IMG/VR virus record: IMGVR_UViG_3300029705_003489 | From: an uncultured virus (IMG/VR IMGVR_UViG_3300029705_003489) | Taxonomy: Duplodnaviria; Heunggongvirae; Uroviricota; Caudoviricetes | Direction: 5' to 3' (one strand) | DNA: 20,000 nt | Shown here: in pieces, positions 16,326 to 20,000 of the stretch | How the letters are laid out: each line of letters opens with the position of its first letter | Numbering within the stretch: the first letter of the stretch is position 1 | Notes under the pieces: model-generated | What the model was told of the DNA's origin: nothing | Seen by the model: only the letters and a program-made list of their open reading frames with translations | The model's database searches: none | Translations under genes and position numbers: made by a program

Positions 16326-18026
16326 CATATTTCGATGCTGTGCATGGGATTGTTCCGGATGCTTCGGAAAATGACGGTACCGCTTCGGTTATCTGTGGCG
16401 ATAGCTTCGATATTTTTAATGTTCTATGTAATCTTCACCGGAGCAAGTACTTCGTCGGTCAGAGCGGCAATTATGTGCCTGGTTACTTTTGGTGCCGTGC
16501 TACTGCGAAGGAGCTACGATTTGCTTTCTTCTCTTTCTTTTGCTGCTATTGTAGTTACTGTGAGATGGCCTGCAGAAGTAGACTCAGCCGGCTTTCTTCT
16601 TTCTTTTGGGGCAGTGCTTGGGATAGCTTTGGCGCAGGAGATAGAATATGTGGTGCTTCAGACGCGGGAAGGAAAACGTCCGTGGTGGTGTATATTTTTG
16701 TTCAGCGGCATGATACAGTGTGTTACTATGCCGGTATCTCTTTGGTTTTTCTATGAATTATCGCCATACGGAATCTTCTTAAATCTTTTGGTAATCCCCT
16801 TGGTTTCCCTGATTATCGGCGGAGGTCTGATATCGGCAGTGTTGGGACTTTGGTGGCCGGTGCCTGCAAAGCTTCCGGTGGGCGGCACTTATCTTTTACT
16901 GGAATTTTATGAATGGCTGTGTGAGGTGACCCAGAAGCTTCCTTTTTCATTTGTATTGCTGGGGCAGCCGGCGGTGTGGCAGCTGGTGGTTTATTATGGC
17001 TTGTTGGCAGGGGTGCTTTGGTGTTTTTTCCGAAATGTCGCCGGAGAGAAGATATCCGGTTCTGCTACATCAGAGTCGTCTGTAACTGCTGTTCAAAAAA
17101 AGGAGGTTATACTGGCAGCCGGTCTGATTTGCACGATAGGAATATTATTTTTTCCGTCAAATAGGAACACAGAACTTTTATTTATGGACGTTTCCCAGGG
17201 AGATGGTGCGTTAATTACGACGCCAAACGGAACCGTGATTTTGTCGGACTGTGGCAGCAGCGATGTGCTTCAGTTGACAGAGTATCGTCTGTCTCCGGTG
17301 CTGAAATACAACGGAATTCTTCTTGTGGACATGGCGGTAGTTTCCCACCTGGATGCGGACCATATCAGTGGTATCAGGGAACTTTTACGTGCAATGCCGG
17401 TATACGAAGGAGAAGTTGTTTTTGCCACCGGATATGCGGGTGCTGTGGGTGTTAAAGAGCTTGTTTTACCAAAGGTTTCAGAAAAATCAGAAGCATATTT
17501 GGAATTGGAGGCTTTGGCAAGTTCAAAGAATGTGAATGTCCGTTATATAGAAGCAGGTGAGATGCTATACCGGGAAAAAGAATTTCTCATGGAATGTCTG
17601 CATCCGTATCACGCGAAGGAATCGGACAATGACGCATCTCTTGTATTTCTTTTGCAGACACCAAAGCTTGTTGCCTGGCTGACCGGGGATGCAGGTATTG
17701 CACCGGAGACAGAGATTATTTCACATTTGGGAGCGGTGAATATGTCTGCTTTGCGTAATGGAAAGCTTGTGTTGCTTAAGGTTGGTCATCATGGTTCAAA
17801 AACGTCCTCAAGCCGGGAATTTATTGAGTATGTACAGCCGGATGTAGCGGTCATTTCCTGTGGTTATCACAATTCCTACGGGCATCCTCATGCCGAAGTT
17901 GTGAATCGGCTTGCTGCCTCCGGTGCCGAGGTATTCCGTACGGATTTGCAAGGGGCAGTTCTTGTGGAGGAGAAAGAGCGCAGGGGTGTTGTGGTGCACG
18001 GATGGAGGAAACTTGTTCGGGAGTAG
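16317..18026 (+). pseudogene. comEC: 3' portion of interrupted DNA-uptake gene comEC (rest of Competence domain + MBL domain)
   Basis: GLHIS, SSVRAAIM, GFLLSFGAV, NLLVIP, DVSQGDG, HLDADH, TGD, GHHGS, YGHP, RTD..G. No upstream half of the Competence domain and no clear RBS; syntenic with holA. Confidence 0.88.
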
Positions 18027-18046
18027 AGCGCTATAAGGAGATACTG

Positions 18047-18127
18047 CTTATTTTTGGGTTGGATGCCCGACCAGGCGGTGAAAGTGTGGGCCTGGACGGG
18101 CAGAAATCCAACCAATTAGAAAATAAG
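18047..18127. other. GC-rich long stem-loop preceding the array
   Basis: CTTATTTT...TTGGGTTGGAT GCCCG A CCAGGC -loop- GCCTGG A CGGGC AGAA ATCCAACCAA...AAAATAAG. Confidence 0.65.
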
Positions 18128-18459
18128 AACATATAGTTGGGATGACGTTCAAAATCAAAAACCAATCAAACAAGAAAGTATGTAGGTAAATTGGATTTCG
18201 ATTTTTTGTAATTCCAATGAAATGAGGATAATTGCTGTTTTGTTGGCCTTACTTATTTTATAAAATACCAACAGAAGATGGAAAAAAAGACAAATATTGG
18301 TTTATGTAATTTTATAAAAACCAACAAAGTGAGAAAGAAAAGATTTAAGTTGGTTTTTTGAATTACAATGGAGACCAACTAATTTGAATAAAGTGAGAAT
18401 TTGTTGGTTAATAAAAATTTTATGTACCAATAATTTTATGGTAATAAGCAATAAGTTGG
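18108..18459. repeat. Cryptic periodic array of seven CCAA-N25-TTGG units (period 52-54 bp)
   Basis: CCAA at 18108, 18162, 18214, 18268, 18321, 18375, 18427. TTGG at 18137, 18191, 18243, 18297, 18350, 18404, 18456. The offset is exactly 29 in all seven. Confidence 0.9.
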
Positions 18460-18485
18460 ATTTTGGAAACAGAAAGGACTGTAGA

Positions 18486-19304
18486 ATGAAAAGATTAGAA
18501 TATATTTTGAAAGAAGAGTTAGCACAATTGAATCATGTAGTAGAAATGACTAAACAAAGGCTTAATCATGTGCCGGAAGGTCACCTGAGAGTCAGAGAAT
18601 GGAATGGTAAGACGGAATATTACTATAGAAATAGTGAGTCGAAAGATACCAATGAAAGCAGGAGTAATGGTAGATATTTAAGAAAGCAGGAAAAGGTATT
18701 GGCAAAAAGTATTGCACAGCGGGATTATGATACTATGGTGATGAATAAAGCAAAGGAAAGAATTTATGCGATTGAAAAATTTCTTAGAACGTATGAAAGA
18801 ACAAGTTTAAAACAATTATATCAAGATACAATTCCGGGACGGCGAAAACTAATTGAGGCAGAAATAATCTCCGATGAAGAATACATCAGACAATGGCAAG
18901 ATGTTAGTTACAAAGGGAAAAGTTTTGATGATGAGGAAAATGAAATTATAACAGAGCGAGGTGAACGTGTTCGTTCAAAATCGGAGAAAATTATTGCAGA
19001 TAAATTGCATGCATTGAGAATCCCGTATCGTTATGAATATCCGCTTACTCTGGTAGGAGGACTCAGGGTATATCCGGACTTTACAATTCTGAAAATGCCG
19101 GAGAAGGAAGAAGTATACTTGGAACATTTTGGTATGATGGATGATGCAGACTATGCGGAAAATGCCTTACATAAGCTAAATACATTTGAGAAAAACAAGA
19201 TATATCTGGGAGTGAATTTATTTATTACTCACGAAACAAGCAAAAATCCGCTGAATACCAGGGCATTGGATGGCATGCTGAGGAAATTATTTTGTGAGGA
19301 ATAG
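18486..19304 (+). CDS. Putative PD-(D/E)XK-superfamily (Vsr/DUF559-like) nuclease with N-terminal helical region
   Basis: C-terminal GERVRSKSEKIIADKL...IPYRYEYPL...YPDFTI...YLEHFGMMD. AGAAAGGA RBS before ATG 18486; the ORF-track start at 18384 lies inside the array. Confidence 0.75.
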   Translation: MKRLEYILKEELAQLNHVVEMTKQRLNHVPEGHLRVREWNGKTEYYYRNSESKDTNESRSNGRYLRKQEKVLAKSIAQRDYDTMVMNKAKERIYAIEKFLRTYERTSLKQLYQDTIPGRRKLIEAEIISDEEYIRQWQDVSYKGKSFDDEENEIITERGERVRSKSEKIIADKLHALRIPYRYEYPLTLVGGLRVYPDFTILKMPEKEEVYLEHFGMMDDADYAENALHKLNTFEKNKIYLGVNLFITHETSKNPLNTRALDGMLRKLFCEE

Positions 19305-19306
19305 CG

Positions 19307-19335
19307 TGTACATTTTTGTGAAAATGTGGTATTCT
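19307..19335 (+). promoter_or_regulatory. Putative holA promoter
   Basis: TGTACA-N17-TATTCT with an extended -10 TG. Confidence 0.45.
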
Positions 19336-19417
19336 AAAAATGAATCGTATTAATTATGTATTGTTCTTTTTCGAAAATTTTGAGTGACAAAGTGACTGTT
19401 TGTCAAGGAGCCATCCA

Positions 19418-20000
19418 ATGAAAACTATAAAGGAAGATATCAAAAATAGAGAGTTTAAGCGGGTTTACCTTCTGTACGGAACGGAAGAATACTTAAAACG
19501 CCTCTATAAAAACAAACTGAAAGAGGCGGTATTGCAGGATTCTGACGCCATGAATATGGCGGAGTATGCCGGTAAAGGCATTGATGAAAAAGAGGTAAGA
19601 GAGTTTGCTGATACATTGCCGTTTTTTGCGGACTATCATTTGCTGATTTTGGAGAATACCGGCTGGTTTAAGAACTCTACAGACTTTACGGACTATGTAC
19701 CGGAGCTTCCGGACACGGCAGTGCTTGTGTTTGTGGAAACCGAGGTAGATAAGCGGAGCCGTATGTATAAGGCGGTCAAGGAGCATGGCTACGTTTGTGA
19801 GATGAACGGTATGACCGAACAGGAACTGAAAATGTGGGTAGCTTCCCTGCTAAAGCGGGAAGAACGTAAAATTACGGAATCAACCATTGAATTCCTTTTG
19901 GAGCAGGTGGGCACCGATATGGCAAAGCTTCAGAATGAGCTGGAAAAGCTGGTGTGCTATACCATGGGCAGAGATGTAGTAACTGTAGAAGACATCAGAC
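19418..20000 (+). CDS. holA: DNA polymerase III subunit delta, partial (runs off the window)
   Basis: Own translation: MKTIKEDIKNREFKRVYLLYGTEEYLK...ADTLPFFADYHLLILE...VDKRSRMYK...GTDMAKLQNELEKLVCY. AAGGAG RBS; follows comEC as is usual in Firmicutes. Confidence 0.93.
   Translation, partial: MKTIKEDIKNREFKRVYLLYGTEEYLKRLYKNKLKEAVLQDSDAMNMAEYAGKGIDEKEVREFADTLPFFADYHLLILENTGWFKNSTDFTDYVPELPDTAVLVFVETEVDKRSRMYKAVKEHGYVCEMNGMTEQELKMWVASLLKREERKITESTIEFLLEQVGTDMAKLQNELEKLVCYTMGRDVVTVEDIR

Noticed and set aside
16323..18026. Complete stand-alone comEC gene starting at TTG 16323
   Set aside because: The TTG is the Leu of the internal GLH motif; the N-terminal part of ComEC is missing and there is no clear RBS.
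18108..18459. Canonical CRISPR array
   Set aside because: No near-identical 23-47-bp direct repeats and no cas genes; only 4-6-bp motifs are conserved. Reported as a non-canonical array instead.
18384..18485. N-terminal extension of the 306-aa ORF
   Set aside because: It lies within the array and has no RBS; ATG 18486 has AGAAAGGA at a proper spacing.
19385..19405. TGACAAA-N7-TTTGTCA inverted repeat before holA
   Set aside because: Single short palindrome with no supporting context for a function.
19493..19786. 97-aa minus-strand ORF
   Set aside because: Antisense to holA, which the ORF track missed because it runs off the window.

Overview
Firmicutes (Clostridia/Lachnospiraceae-like) DNA. 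Bases 1 to ~16317 are the right-hand part of a large prophage-like or composite integrative element. In order it holds: the last codons of a probable phage lysin; two overlapping large serine recombinases (LSRs); a convergent five-gene minus-strand operon (an atypical LSR, two small proteins paralogous to its C-terminal domain, two ParB-fold proteins); a divergent pair of paralogous XRE regulators; and a cargo cluster of membrane and lipoproteins, including a stand-alone RNAP alpha-CTD-like protein and a surface ComEC-type metallo-beta-lactamase-fold protein. The element ends inside the conserved (S)GLH motif of the host comEC, whose 3' part is intact. The most striking unexplained feature lies between comEC and holA. 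It is a cryptic ~53-bp-periodic array of seven CCAA-N25-TTGG units (fixed 25-nt variable segments, 19-21-nt hairpin-forming linkers), preceded by a GC-rich stem-loop and sitting directly upstream of a PD-(D/E)XK-like nuclease gene. All calls come from manual motif reading; no database searches were run.
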